A DNA stretch of 62,931 nt, counting the filler, from Asterionella formosa (lineage: Eukaryota), in assembly GCA_002256025.1 (NCBI GenBank). It is 8 parts of 8 records of this genome, joined end to end, with 100 filler letters (N's around TTAATTAATTAA, not from the genome) between each part and the next. Parts side by side here need not be neighbours in the genome. Positions count along the whole stretch, not along the records: positions 18,908 to 37,708 come from NKIB01003940.1; 7 more parts are not named here. One strand, 5' to 3'. The notes beneath the pieces are model-generated. The model was not told where the DNA came from. It did no database searches and worked only from the letters and a program-made list of their open reading frames with translations. Shown here in pieces: positions 24,660 through 37,808 of the stretch; position 1 is the first letter of the stretch, and each line of letters opens with the position of its first letter. The position numbers and the translations under genes are program-made.

Positions 24660-24962
24660 TCTGTAGAAAGAGAACAACATTTGCAGAGTGAGTTCATGAG
24701 AAAACAAAACTTGCTAAGCCATGATTTCGGATTTCTGTTGTGCTCCTTACCATCTTCCTCAATTGCCAGTCCAGCTCTCATCAAATTGAGTGTCTCTAAC
24801 TAGTGAACAACATTTGCAGAGTGAGTTCAAGAACAAACAATTTGTCATCGAGTCATAGTTTTGGTTGTGTTCACCTGCTTTGCTCCCTGATTCTCAACCC
24901 AACCCTCGCTCAGCAGATTGAATATCTGTAGACAAAGTACAGCATTTGCAAAGTAAGTTCAT
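24660..24962 (+). repeat. Three decayed repeats about 130 bp apart
   Basis: AACAACATTTGCAGAGTGAGTTCA-like cores near 24673, 24806 and 24938. Confidence 0.7.
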
Positions 24963-25389
24963 GACTGACTGCTGGTAACAAACACACAGGTCCTGTTTCT
25001 ATTTCATGAGTCTGCAAATAGAAATCATCTTATTTGTGTGATGCATCTTATGATGGCAATTACATGATCATATAATTTAAAATGGTTATTGTCATTAATT
25101 AAATAGTAACCTTTTGGACTATGCATATTCAATTATATATTAATCATTTTTATAGCGCATTCTTACTAGTATATTTCTAGGTTAGTCTTTGCTGCGCTCC
25201 ATGGATCATAAGGTGGGTTGGTAGAATTCTGGATGATTAGTCACTTCTTCGTGCAGAAGTAGGGGTAAAAATAAATTTGTGGTAGCATTGATCTTGGATC
25301 GATTCTTGTTGACTGCACTGTTCATGTCAGCCGGAGAATTGGATCGTAAAGGATTATCTTTGTTTCCCCACTCTTTGGTGCTGTTCCTC

Positions 25390-25795
25390 TTTCATCTGTT
25401 TGTTTTTCAGTATGAACTTTGTAGATACGGTGGGATGGAAACGGTCTGTTTGGATTGGATTTGGATGCGTGGAGGTCGTCAAAAGCCTTGCTCAATTTAA
25501 TGATGCTGTTGGGTGGATTTCGGTCATTTTGGTCTATCACCATGAGTTTCTATTTAATTCTTGTGATTCTTTCATTTGTCTGTTGTTCAGTATGTATTTC
25601 CTGGGTGCGGTGGGACTGAAACGGTCTGTTTGGATCGGATTTGAATGCGTGGATATCGTCAAAAGCCTTAATAAATTTGATGATGCTGATGGGTGCATTT
25701 CGGTCATTTTGGTCTATCACCATAAGTTTCTAGTCAATTCTTGTGATTCTTTCATCTTTTTTTGTTCAGTATGAACTGTGTAGCTGCAGTGGCAC
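25390..25795 (+). repeat. 180-bp tandem repeat, about 2.25 copies
   Basis: Units 25390-25569 and 25570-25749 align (AAACGGTCTGTTTGGAT, CGGTCATTTTGGTCTATCACCAT). Confidence 0.9.
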
Positions 25796-27289
25796 TGTAA
25801 AGGACTAATTTTATGGTGTAGCTGTAAAAATAAATCACCCTCAATGGTGAGAGAGGGTGCTTAGCAGTTTTAGTAGGATCGCTGTGATAGTACTAGCTTC
25901 ATTTCTTCTGTTTACATTTGGTTGCTTCGACAAAATTATACATATTCAATCATTATATGTGTTGTTATCATTTTTTCCTGTTATTAAGTTCCCTCATAGG
26001 ATGATGTACCAGCAAAAGTATTGGTCACTTTGTCATCACCATCATCATCATTCACTCCGTTCTTTTTTCCTCTGTCTTCAACACTCAAACAGCGAAGACA
26101 ATTTGAATGATTGCATTGTTTCTCAAGCCTTTATGATGTGATTACTGTCACGCTACATTGTAATATGTGTTTGCAAATGTTCTGTGATGATGATTTCACC
26201 AATAATTCATGTTACAACTGAATGGTGTGCCGCAGACTGCACATAACATACACAGTTGGTGATCCAGCCAACAAGTTACCCAATGATTTAAATGATTGTT
26301 ACCTGATAACATTCACCTTACAGGGTTCCTCAAGATTTATGATGTGATTGTTTTCAGCGGGCTATTCATATTGGTCGTTCGCCTAATCTCGAAAAAGCCA
26401 GTTGATCTTCGATGATAATGCACGAGATATCATGTCATTTGATGATACCAAAAAACAAAAACAAAAACAAAAAAAACAAATATATGCAGTGACACCAACA
26501 GATACATGTTTTGTAGCAATGAAAATGTATTGCTGTAAGCAACATGTACTAACCTAGATGTAGGACTCACAAAAATGTGCTGAGCAACAGATTTTTCCAT
26601 TTTGAATCTCTTCTGACAAGAGTTGGCCTCAGATCAAGAGGTTTGCGGGCACATGGAGCACTTCATGTGTAAAAACTCGAACAAGATGCCAGGGCACTTA
26701 CCACAAATTTTACCATTGACTAAAAATTGTATGCTAATCCTCTAATTTTCGCCCAATTTTGACTTCATTGAGAATTTGGGGGGAGAGTCAAAATTGTGAC
26801 TCTATGAAAATCAAAGAATTCCTGGTAAGAATTTCTTGAGTCCCTTCCCTGTAATTGCAAGTTTGATCCATCAAAATGCTTCCTACAAATTCCATACTTT
26901 TGATGAAGTTGTAATCCAGACAACACTTTGCATACATCACGAGTTGAGAATTGGGTAATAGTGAATTCATATGCAAATTAGTAAATCCGTTTTAACTTAA
27001 ACAGCCCTTGGTAATCATCATGAAATGCATTGAGCCAGAGACCATGGCGGAGGTTGAAAACGGCACCTGTTCTTTGTACACTGCATCTAAGGTAAGTTTT
27101 TCATTGAGATGTGAATCAAAATGGCTGGGATGGCAGTGATTGCTCTCAACGCTTGCAACAGGAGACCAAACATGCCGCTATGTTAATTTTGTTAATGATG
27201 TCAATTACAATCGATCATCTCTCTAGCTACATACATGAAAATACAAATCAACCATAATAAAATAGACTAGCAGCTGCAGTTAGAATAGT

Positions 27290-27485
27290 GGTTTCCATTC
27301 AAGGAGTAGCTCTTTGCCATTTATCTGATGAAACCATCATGCCATGACCGGCAGTTGTTTCCGTTGAATGAGCAGCTCTTTGCCCTGTATCCAAGGAAAC
27401 CATTATGATCAGCAGCCGTGTCCATTGAATGAGTTAGCTCTTTGCCATTTATCCGATGAAGCCATCATGATCAGCAGTCGTTTCA
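27290..27485 (+). repeat. About 60-bp tandem repeat, three copies
   Basis: GAG(T)YAGCTCTTTGCC...TATC...GAARCCATYATG recurs at about 27304, 27370 and 27431. Confidence 0.85.
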
Positions 27486-27973
27486 TCGCACAAGAGGGGT
27501 GTCAAAAAATCGCTTGCCTATTGAGTCAAAACGCAGTTTACTAGGTATAGTAAAAGGTGAAAAAGAAGCTAAAATAATATTTTCCTTATTGTGTACCGGT
27601 ATCAGTTTTTACAACACGTTTTAAGTTGATGACCTATACTGGACCAATGCTCAAGTTTATACATGTGCTTGATATAAAGCAAGTCGTCCATCTGGGCTGA
27701 TAATAAATCAAGGCGTGATCGTCATGCTGGATCATGATGAGGATGGGGAAAGCCGACATCGCGTGCCGCCCGCCATAATTGGAAAACGTTCAATTCATCG
27801 TCATTACAAAATATAATAAGAATAAGAAGGCACCGCACCCCTGCTAATGTTACACCGAAGCATTGAGCCTTTCTTCCCCTCCTGTCCGCTTCATTCTCTC
27901 CCTTTCATTTCGTTCTTTCTATCGCGTGATAAACAAACGAGGAAAGAATAAAAGCTACATCTAGATCAATACC

Positions 27974-29302
27974 ATGATGCCTCCGACCCTCCGACGCCTT
28001 TGTCAAACGCCGTTTGGCGCCACAATGCGGCAAGCTCGACACGAATCGACGTTGAAGAAATGGTTCAACCAAGCAAGACATATGTTCAGGACCATTATGA
28101 CCCCGGATGATGCGAATCCTACCCGAGTCCAGGAAAAGATTGATATTCAACTATTATTACACAGCCGACTTGTTCGAGACAGGCTGACAGCAGATCCAAA
28201 AAGCAACGCCTTTGACCACTTTGAGTCCGCCATCAAAGATTTAGATAGGGAAGGGGTGCTGAAAATGTCGAACTATCAGCTTCGATCTCGCCTTCAGAAT
28301 GAAATCAATCCAGAGATAGTTGACATTCTCCTTTGTTTTGAACAGGCTATAGACAAGATTCCGAATGAGATAGATTCCATTCACGAAGATGTGATTCTAC
28401 AGGACCATGAGGACACCGCTGCCAGAATACCGCACGCGCCTAAAGATTCACCTCAAGCGGCTTTTCTGGCACGAAAAATAGGCGCTCTGGAAACACTCAT
28501 GAGCTACCACGGTTGGATCGACTCCCCAAAATTGCCTGATTGGGAACAGCACGCTGTTTCCACTGATGAACACATTAGGCGTGATGACTTTGGGTATGAC
28601 GGATCGAAATCTGAACCGCATGTTTTAGAAGGCATGAGATACTACCAAACTGTTAATATGTGTAGATCTGCAATGATTCGTCAGCAGTTGGGATATTCAA
28701 GCATTGCTCTAAAATCAACTATCCATGGAGCAGGTCGAGGCGTCTTCGTTGATGGGAAATGCAAGATTGGCAGTTTGCTCGCTTTTGTGCCAGGCGAAGT
28801 TTGGCCAAAGGAGCATTTAGAAAAGATTGCGAGTGACCCGGAACTATTAGAGCATTTTTCTCATAATCCTCTGACGCAACTGTTCGGTCGAGGTGATGAC
28901 ATTATTGTAGATGCCAGACGTGCCCCTTACACCGTGCTTGACAACAATAACTGTAATCCGTGGGCTATTGGTCATATTGCGAATCACCCTCCAAGAGGTG
29001 CTGAGATCAATTGTCGAAAAGTACCCATCAATTTTGTAGAGCGAGACTTTCAAGACCTTATGCGGTTTGTACCAAATACATATGCAAGGAAACCAGCCAT
29101 TTTGGGACAAGGGGCATTGCAACTGGAGTCAATCTCCATGTACGGCATGGGCTTGATGTCACGCATGAATTTATGTGATCAAGAACTTGTTTACAATTAT
29201 CGGCTTAAAACATATCCTGGACAAGAGTACAAAGGACCCCCTATCCCAGATTGGTACCATGAAGAGTTCAAGGTGATGGACGAGCCAAAAAAGGAACTAT
29301 GA
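27974..29302 (+). CDS. SET-domain protein, SETD9-like
   Basis: STIHGAGRGVFV, NPWAIGHIANHPP and ELVYNYRL...PDWY. Arg-rich N-terminus resembling a mitochondrial transit peptide. Confidence 0.8.
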   Translation: MMPPTLRRLCQTPFGATMRQARHESTLKKWFNQARHMFRTIMTPDDANPTRVQEKIDIQLLLHSRLVRDRLTADPKSNAFDHFESAIKDLDREGVLKMSNYQLRSRLQNEINPEIVDILLCFEQAIDKIPNEIDSIHEDVILQDHEDTAARIPHAPKDSPQAAFLARKIGALETLMSYHGWIDSPKLPDWEQHAVSTDEHIRRDDFGYDGSKSEPHVLEGMRYYQTVNMCRSAMIRQQLGYSSIALKSTIHGAGRGVFVDGKCKIGSLLAFVPGEVWPKEHLEKIASDPELLEHFSHNPLTQLFGRGDDIIVDARRAPYTVLDNNNCNPWAIGHIANHPPRGAEINCRKVPINFVERDFQDLMRFVPNTYARKPAILGQGALQLESISMYGMGLMSRMNLCDQELVYNYRLKTYPGQEYKGPPIPDWYHEEFKVMDEPKKEL

Positions 29303-29697
29303 ATGCACTGCAAGAAGAATTACCAGTTTAAAATGCTGCGTACTAAAATTCGACCATCCTTTGTCAAATGAGGCATTGCATATTTCTTGCCAAAGTTTCC
29401 TGCGAGTAAGATTGTAATGTTGGAATAACAACAAGAAAAAAATTGCTTGCTTGTGATATCAATTTGTCAGTCTTAGCCACTGGTAAAACACCAATTTTTT
29501 TTTATAAAACAACACAAATCGAAATCTTTATTAGTGATAATAGGTTTAGCCCCTTGCTTCTCACGGGACTGTGTGTGTCTGTAAATATATATTATGTATT
29601 ATGTTTTTCATGTGCTTCCCACATCGACTATTTGCTTGTGATGATCGAAGCCAGCCATTGGATTGTGAGAATTAAATCTCATACGTATTTGTATTAT

Positions 29698-32600
29698 TTA
29701 AAACGACAAAAGCAGTTCAAGTAATGGAGATACAACGTCGACTTCTGGAGCTCGCTCAGTCTTCATGATTGGAATATTGGAACTATCCGCTGAAGGTGGT
29801 GTTCCGCTTCGTTCGACTGCGCTGGAAAGGGTCATATAGCATTGAGCGAAATGCCAACGAATACTGCTCCAGGCAAAGCAGCTTCGTGTAACATTGTTGT
29901 TATCTGTTCCTTCCCAAGGATCGAAGATTACAATGGGGTCCACCGTCAACATACCTGTATGGGAGTCGATGGTACCACCGGAACGGCGCGGAATGAAAGG
30001 GGATAAGTAGGGCGTGCTCATGTCGGGGTGATGCTTGCCAGAGACGTCTATTGATGTCGTGCGAGCGTCAAAATATCTTCCGTAAAAAAGAAGAAAATGC
30101 ATTAATAACTTCCCGGCGGTGGTTTCACCTGAGCAAAGAACTTCGAGAACGTCGTTGGAGCCTTGCGGAAACATTGAGAAACCGCCCGAAAGAAAAGCAT
30201 CTGAATTAGAGAAATGGAATAGAGGAATCTCCGTAACTGAATCGAAATGAGGAAGAATAGGAGCATTACTAGGAAGGGATAGCGACCTTTGCTGGAACTT
30301 GTCTTCGTGCGGAGAAATATGGTTCACAACCGGTTCATTCTCAGGATGTTTCTGAGGGCGTATTGCAACACAACCACCTTTGGGTGTTGCTATATTGTTG
30401 GCGGCTGGCTTGTCAGTTCTCATATTTAAAGGCAGTTGCTTGGTTGTACTATCTTTCATAACTACCGGCTTTGGCGTCTGCATTGATGCAGGTTGTCTTC
30501 CACTAACAGCCTCTGCAAAAGAGCTAATTTTCGTCGGTACCTTTGGTGAAACTTCGGAAGACTGTACCGAGGGAAGCAGATCTGCGACTGGGGCACTTTG
30601 AGTTAAAGAAGAGGATGATGAATTGGAAGTGTTCTTCCTCGCAATTGAAGCCCAGGAAGAAGCTCCTCCGACGATTGTACGATTGAGTTGGGTAGTTGCT
30701 ACTTTTTTTGTTCCACCTTCGGAGGATATTCCAGTTGTATTTTGGGGCGACGTAGCAGATAGTTCTTCTACCTTCAACTGGGGCTTGGAACTGCCCATAT
30801 CAGTTCGCTTAGATGAACCCTCAATTGCCGATAAACTTGCTTCATGTCGTATCTTTCCTTTTTCAGTTGACCCTGTCGTCGCTTTTTGTTGCGTCATCTC
30901 TTGAAGTCGATCCCGTTCTTTTTCAAGAGTTGACTCAAGCTCTTTTTTCGATGAACAACTAATAGGGATACGCGACGTATTGGCTGCACCATTGGATAAA
31001 CCACGTCGATGCCCTTCGATGCGTTCCATTTCTTCTCGTATAGCGCTACGTTCTTTCATTACAGCTACGACCAAGAGCAAAAGCGCATAGCTACTGAGTC
31101 CACCCGAGAAGGGTTCGTTTAGGCGCCTCTGAGCAAGCAATTCTTTCAATACCATCAAAACTTGTACCGCAGGGGTACGATCCGGAGGAAGCCCAGTTTC
31201 GTTGCATGCATCTTGAACTACTCTTGCAGAGAAAGCTGTAGACCCGATTCCACCATGCTCCGGCCCCTCGAACGTAATGTCAACCGAAAATAAGCCATTC
31301 ATTACGTCGGCACCGCGCCAAGGAGGTGAGTGTGGTGGATATTGCGTTTGCGATATTCCCATGGAAGTACCATTTCGTGGCACAAACAATGGTTCGTTTG
31401 GCGGTAAAGGAACGTTAATGTCGGTAACTGACACCGTTTGGGTTGCTAAATGGTGTTGCTGCATCATCCAATCACCTCCAACGGGAAACAGTGCGCCTGG
31501 TAGACGAGAGGGATCCGCGAGAATTTTGATTACTGGAACACTTGCAGTTGGAATGGCTTTGACTTGGACGGCCCAAGGCTGACGTTCCAACTCCCCTGCT
31601 AAGCGCAAAACTCGATCACCGTTCACGGAAGTGGTGGTCATCCTGATATATGGACTTGGATGTGATCCGTGACTTTGAAAATCGTTTTGATAATTAAATT
31701 CCTTTGGTGTACTTCTGATTGACGGAATTCGCCTCGAATGCTTGTTCCGCTTCGGCGATGTCGTGGGAGTTGTTCGACCTTGTGAAGATTGGGTCATCAC
31801 GAATTCTGGTGTATCCAAACCACGGATCACTGCATCTAGATCAGAGGAAGGCAAGTCCAATTGAGTCGCACAACTTCCGTACATCTCCACATGCGCACTT
31901 CCAGCCCAAATGTTGTTCACAGTTTCCTGTAAAGCAGATAACAATGCCCCTCGCTCTTTTCGGCGTGCACTCAAGGCATCCGCTCTACGGGCCATGAAGA
32001 CGTCCATGTCTTGCGAAAGTCGGCCGCATACGTCTAACAGGTGATAGCCCACATCATTTTCATTTCCAGCGCAATGGTGGTGATGGCGATGGTTGCTTGC
32101 ATGAGGGGGGTCCAAACTGGATGCAACGGACGAACTCGCACTGTTCGTATTTCCAGGTCCAAGCAATGTTTGAAGTGGAGGAGAAGGATAACCTGCTTTC
32201 TTCGCTTCAGGAACAGGCTTCTGCCACTTTTCGTCTTCAATACCATCCGAAATGGAGTCACCTAGGATTGGTTCCTCGACAGGAAGGCGAGACTTCATAT
32301 ATGCCTCAAATGCAGTGGTTTCACTGTCAGTATTAATGCTGGACTGAGTATTCGCAGATGTGCCAGATAAAGTTTCCGGAACAGTATTTGCTGTATTTTG
32401 ATCAGCTGGAGAGTTCATATGCTGCCTAAACGGTGTTGCCTGTGGAGATAGCTTTCCATTACTTTTCAAATCCTTCGTAACGATTGTGGCACAATCAGTA
32501 TTCGCATATCGAGAAGGATTCGACGCGGTCAACGGCTTCGGGTTTTTTCGTCCAAGGACAATGTCTCGCAGGGTCGTGGGATTCGAGTCAATAATTTGAT

Positions 32601-35185
32601 TGGACTTAGCAGTCGATTCCATTTTTCGATCTCGCTGAGTCATGACCTCGATGTTGTGGCGTCGCTCTTCTGCAGATTTGTTGGATTGACCCAGCTTACG
32701 CTCTCGGCCTTTCACTTCATCCTCAACTACGTCCAAAACTGTCAAAATAATGTCTTTCACAATCTTGCGACTCTGATTGTGTTTACGGCTAACCGCTGTT
32801 CGTATGTTCTTGTTTCTTCTGTTGCTCGAAAATGTGCAGACACCCGTCGAGCTCGGCTTCTGGTCACCATTTCGGCGACTTCGCCCCTTTGCTTTGGCTT
32901 CAACGGTTTCCCATATTTCTTCCTCGGAGTTCTTTCCATATTCAGGGACGCCATTGTTGCCCGTCATGACCGATACTTTGGGCGGGGCGCTTAAATGAGG
33001 AGCGGCAATTCCAATGTTTCCGGTCCCTTCAAGGAGTGATAATTCGCTGTTTACGAGTCTCGAGATATCGTCGCAAATACTGGTTGATAACGTCTCAGTT
33101 CCTGTGGAAGTAAATGGCAAGTGACAAGCGCTGTCATAAGAATCACTGACGGGATGAATGGGTTGCTCAACTTTCTTATTTTCTTCCTGATTGTGCACTT
33201 TCTGGATTGTGGCTTCAAAATCGTCGATGTCAGTCATCTCTGAGACTTCCGGTGCTTCCTCCTCTACCTCTACAGGGGCATTTTCGAAGCTCACGGCGAC
33301 ATTTTTTGTGGGCTTTAATGGATTGTTTAACTTCTCGATAATTGAACTCTTTCGTTTCTGAGGGTGTTCTGGAGTTAGTGGAAGATTCTCAGAGTGAAAT
33401 CGTGACTCTTCAGAGCGAATTCTTTGGGACTTTCTTACCTTGGTGCTCTTTTTCTTCTTTTTTCTCTTCTTCGCCATGCCAATGACCGACATATGATTCC
33501 GAGATTCACCTAAATCGATGTCCACTTCCATCACGTTCGCAACAACATCAGACTGAAGCATGAATCCCGATTTCTCTGCCCTCGCCATGACAGAGCGTAA
33601 GATATTCTCCAACATATCATTGAGGTCGCCGGCCTGCTTGGTTACGTTCTTTTGGCCTTCTGATGCCTTGATCATCTCCATCAAGGGAACAAAAGGCAAC
33701 TGATCCCTAGAGTTCACAATTCCAGAGAAAGCCAACTTCAGCTTCTGCAGGTCCTCCTGCTTAGCAAAGTGACGAAGCTCTTGTGCAAAAGCAACAATAT
33801 CCTTGAGAATAGACTTCATGTCGGCATCAACAACGTATTTGTCATGAGAAACCATGCCTCCCGAGGGAACATTGGGAATTCGGACGGCATTGTTGTCGTC
33901 GTGAAGGTCCCCCACAGCTACAGCATTATTTGTTTGGTTCACGTGGTAGTCGCCATGAACGCGTCTATTATCTGCAGAAGTCGATAGTGCCTTGTAAGTC
34001 ACGACTAGCGCTACTTCAGCCCGCGTCAATAGCAAGTCAGAGAGTGAAACTTTGCTATCATGACAGAAGCGCTGACGAAGCCAGAATGTCCAAAAGTTTT
34101 CGGTGGACGTGCAAGAGAATTTTTCATATTCTTGCAAACAACGATATAATATATTGCTCAAGGAATGAACGGTGACACTGGAGACATCGAATGTAATTAG
34201 TGGCATAGCATTTCTCGTAGTGAAGGACGACGAAGACCCGCGTTGCTTCATGATAAAGTCAATGACAGACGGAAAGAGAAGGTTAGCATGGGTGGCCAAG
34301 GAATGTATCCGATACGCTTCGTCTTGTATTCTAAACACATCCGCACTTCTCGTATTATTGCTTCGTAAGTCGTCCACTTTCTCATTGCTGCTAGATATGC
34401 TAACAAGTGGCTCTATGTTGCTCGGAGTCTTGCCCTCGTATGGCGCATCTGGAGTAGGTGCGGCTTTGGTTGATCGTTGATTTATGGTAAATATGGATGT
34501 GTTTGCTGATGAACGATCGTCAATTGAAGAAGATCCCATGTTCGAATTGACAGATAGCACCTCGAATTTCCCATTTCTATGCATTGCTTGGGCAAAGCGT
34601 CGGTAGGTAGACTCGGCCTCCTCCACTGGAAACAACAGAGCCGCAGTCTGCTCTGTCGATCCTATCGAAACTTTTGAAAATCCAATGAAGGAAGGGAGCA
34701 ACAAAGTGAGTAATCGACATAAAATAGGATATTTGTACGAATCGGATCACGAAAAGCACTTTCTTCAAGTTCGTGCGTGAAATGTGGTCCCGAATCTTCG
34801 CACGTTCACGTGCAAGTTCAAAGTGCGCGAAGATCGTGTGCAAGATTTCGAGTCGAAAGAGTCAATAAATAAATGCCGTACCTTGTTTTGGTGACGGAAG
34901 GAGCCTGCTTGACGACGACGATGATGAATGTAGGTCCAAAATGGTGGCAACAAATGTATCATCTCGTATTATCATTGCCTCAGCAAAACGTTCTTCTGAT
35001 AAAGCACATAACCACGTCTGAAAAGAGTTGTTTTCTTGCAGATTTTGAGGCTTCGATCGAATCGCATTTGCTTCAGGCAAGAATGAAATTTCGTCACTAC
35101 TCAAATGTTTCTCGCATGTCGCATCTGTTTCATCTATGGACGTCATTTTGGGGGTAGAAGGATCCATATGCGATACTGATTTCAT
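29698..35185 (-). CDS. Large Trf4/PAP2-like non-canonical poly(A) polymerase (TENT4 family); 5' exons uncertain
   Basis: YGSCATQLDLPSSDLD, ASVPVIK, SVDITF, LKELLAQRRLNEPFSGGLSSYAL, LLMHFLLFYG and IFDP...NNV. The 1668-aa ORF lacks an ATG start. An upstream exon ends at a GTACGG donor near 34880, and that frame stays open to about 35420. Confidence 0.85.
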
Positions 35186-35899
35186 TCGCTTGCCTCTAAC
35201 ACGTCGTCTAACACGCTCTGTGAAAGCTTTCTTGTTATAATGTATTCTCTTGACGTCGCTTGGCCGACCTTTTTGTTTTCCCGTACCACCACCGGCACCG
35301 CAACGGGAAAGCTTCTTGTCGATGTGTTCTACAATGGTGTTTGAGTTGTATTCAATGCTCTCTTGGACAGAGAAGCAACGATTTTGATAACTCTCAGGAG
35401 AAAGAGAGCTGATCCGACTAGGTCAGGTCCCAGATAACAAAAATATGTCTTGATATACGCTCTACATACGTCGAGTGTGAATGAGGAGGAGGTTCTACGA
35501 AGTGTGTGGCTTGGACGACGGAGCTCAAAGTTTACCTACCTGGTACCGGTACCTTTGTTCCCTACTAAACATATGTACTAACGGTAACTGGTATGTACTG
35601 ACATAGCTAGCTATCTTACTGGTACATTGTTTTCGGCTCCGTTCTGCAAAGAGGTGTCGTATGTGTGACATCATCATTATCAACTGGCAATACCGGTACC
35701 TGGTAGTTAGTATATGTATGAACTATGTGCAGGCAGTACATATGATACTACGAACGTACCCGAAAAATACCGGTAATCAACTCTCCTCAGCGCAGCCTTT
35801 AAATGGCCATACATATAGTCGTAGCGTCGTAGCTGTGTACCGGTACCTGGTACCATGGTAGACCCTATGACCTAAGTACCGGTACCTGGTACCTGGTAT

Positions 35900-36810
35900 A
35901 GCACCTTCGACAAAGCTTGCGATATGTTCTTGTATACCAGTAGACTGGGTACTGGTACCAGGTGCATATAATGGTTGCAGGAAGCGTCGCCAACACTCAA
36001 AATATATACTTGATGTATACAGTAGACTGGGTACGGAACCTCGGCAGATCAGCTGGATGACCTCACAAGAATGGCTGAATTGACTACACTCCACAACCTA
36101 AAAGTGTTCTGTAACTCAATAATCAGCAGGTATGTAACAGAATATTTGCGAGCTCCTACAAAGGATGACATGGAAATGGTTTTATGTATCCATGAAGCAA
36201 AGGTTTGGCTGGGACTTCTTGGTTCATCAGATGTGATGCAGTGGGAATGGAAGAATTGTCCCAAGGCACACAGAGGAGCGTTTCAAGGAAAAGAGGGAGT
36301 GGCTACTGTTCCTTTGGAAGCTGCAGTTGATTGTAGACTTTGGTTCTGGCATGCATGGTTTGGAATGCCAGATGCTAAGAACAACAATCTCAATATTTTG
36401 GATCATTCTCCATTTTTCCGGGATTTGACAGCTGGAAGGACTCCTGCCATCAACTTCACAATCAACAACAAAGAACACAATCTAGGTTACTATTTGGTTG
36501 ATGGCATCTACCCACCAGAATGGCATATTTTTGTCAAAACAATTTCGCAACAACAAGAGGCAAAGCGTGCACATTTTTCAATGGTTCAAGAGGCCCAACG
36601 CAAGGACGTAGAGCAAGCATTTGGTGTGCCACAAGCAAGGTGGAGGATCCTGGCGCTTCCGTGCAAACTTTGGTCAGTGGGTGCAATGAATCATGTCATC
36701 ATTGCATGTATCACACTACACAACATGATTATAGAAGATGAGTGGGATACAAAAGATACAAATGAATATTTATTTGATAATATTCAGGACACAATGTGAA
36801 TCACGATAAT
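35900..36810 (+). mobile_element. PIF/Harbinger (Plant_tran) transposase remnant
   Basis: LGSSDVMQWEWKNCPKA, LEAAVD..LWFWHAWFG, YYLVDGIYP and QEAQRKDVEQAFGV.QARW. Cut off on the right by the Pangu-like insertion at 36820. Confidence 0.9.
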
Positions 36811-36819
36811 GTGCATACT

Positions 36820-37708
36820 GGGCGCGCTCTGATAATAAAAAATTATAATATCATGTGTGTATTATAACACAAATTATTCTGGTGATCTGCTACATAATAT
36901 CGTCCTTGCGCTCTGATAATAGAGATATTTAAGATTAATTCTCTGACATTATATATATTTTTAACTATAATTTTCAACAGTTAAATTTTCATATCGATGC
37001 ATCCTCTTGTATGCTATGCCGCCTCTTGTTCATTATATGCATGAGTTCTATATATTCATCATTGTTGGTCACTGACCATGTCGACTTTCATCTCATCTCC
37101 TAATGATGATGATGACATTATGATCACATTGCTACTGTTAGCAATGTGCTATCCACCAGTAAATAGGACGCCATCGTTCAGGGAAAGTTTGACTGTTGAT
37201 GAGGTCAGCAGAAGAAGAAGTGGCAAAATCCGTCGCCACGCACTACAGCATCCATTATCGAGTCCATTCTGGACTTTGTTCAACAGCAAACATGGCTGAT
37301 GATGCTCTGATTACCTTGTGTGGGTTTGACCATGCTTCTTTCCAGCTCCTACACCAGCTGTTCAAACCTTGTTTTTATTCCTTTACTCCCTGTAGGAAAA
37401 ATACGGATTTCATTGTTAGAAATTCAACAACAAAGAAAGATCGGCAAAGATACCTCTGTTCCATCAGTTGTCTAGCGCTTGGGTTAGCATGGACCAGGAC
37501 TCGTGGTTCCTATATGATTCTTCAGATTATTTTCGGATTAACTCATGGTTCGTTGAGTGTTTGGTTGAGGTTTTCAAGGCGAATGATTGTAAAAGTACTG
37601 CTGACACATGAAGATGCCGTTGTGAGACTGCCTACTGCAGACGAAGCCACCTTGTTTGCAACCATGATCAATCAGAAATACCCACTTATAACAAATTGTT
37701 GGGGAGCA
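36820..37708 (+). mobile_element. PHIS-superfamily (Pangu-like) DNA transposon copy 1, truncated by the contig end
   Basis: TIR GGGCGCGCTCTGATAATAAAAAATT preceded by ACT. Transposase N-terminus DDALITLCGFD...LAWTRTRGS...IFG...KYPLITNCWGA, with a frameshift near 37295. Confidence 0.85.
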
Positions 37709-37808
37709 NNNNNNNNNNNNNNNNNNNNNNNNNNNNNNNNNNNNNNNNNNNNTTAATTAATTAANNNNNNNNNNNNNNNNNNNNNNNNNNNNNNNNNNNN
37801 NNNNNNNN

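Noticed and set aside
27290..27485. CRISPR-like array (also 24660-24962)
   Set aside because: Whole units are similar, with no unique spacers, no cas genes and a eukaryotic context.
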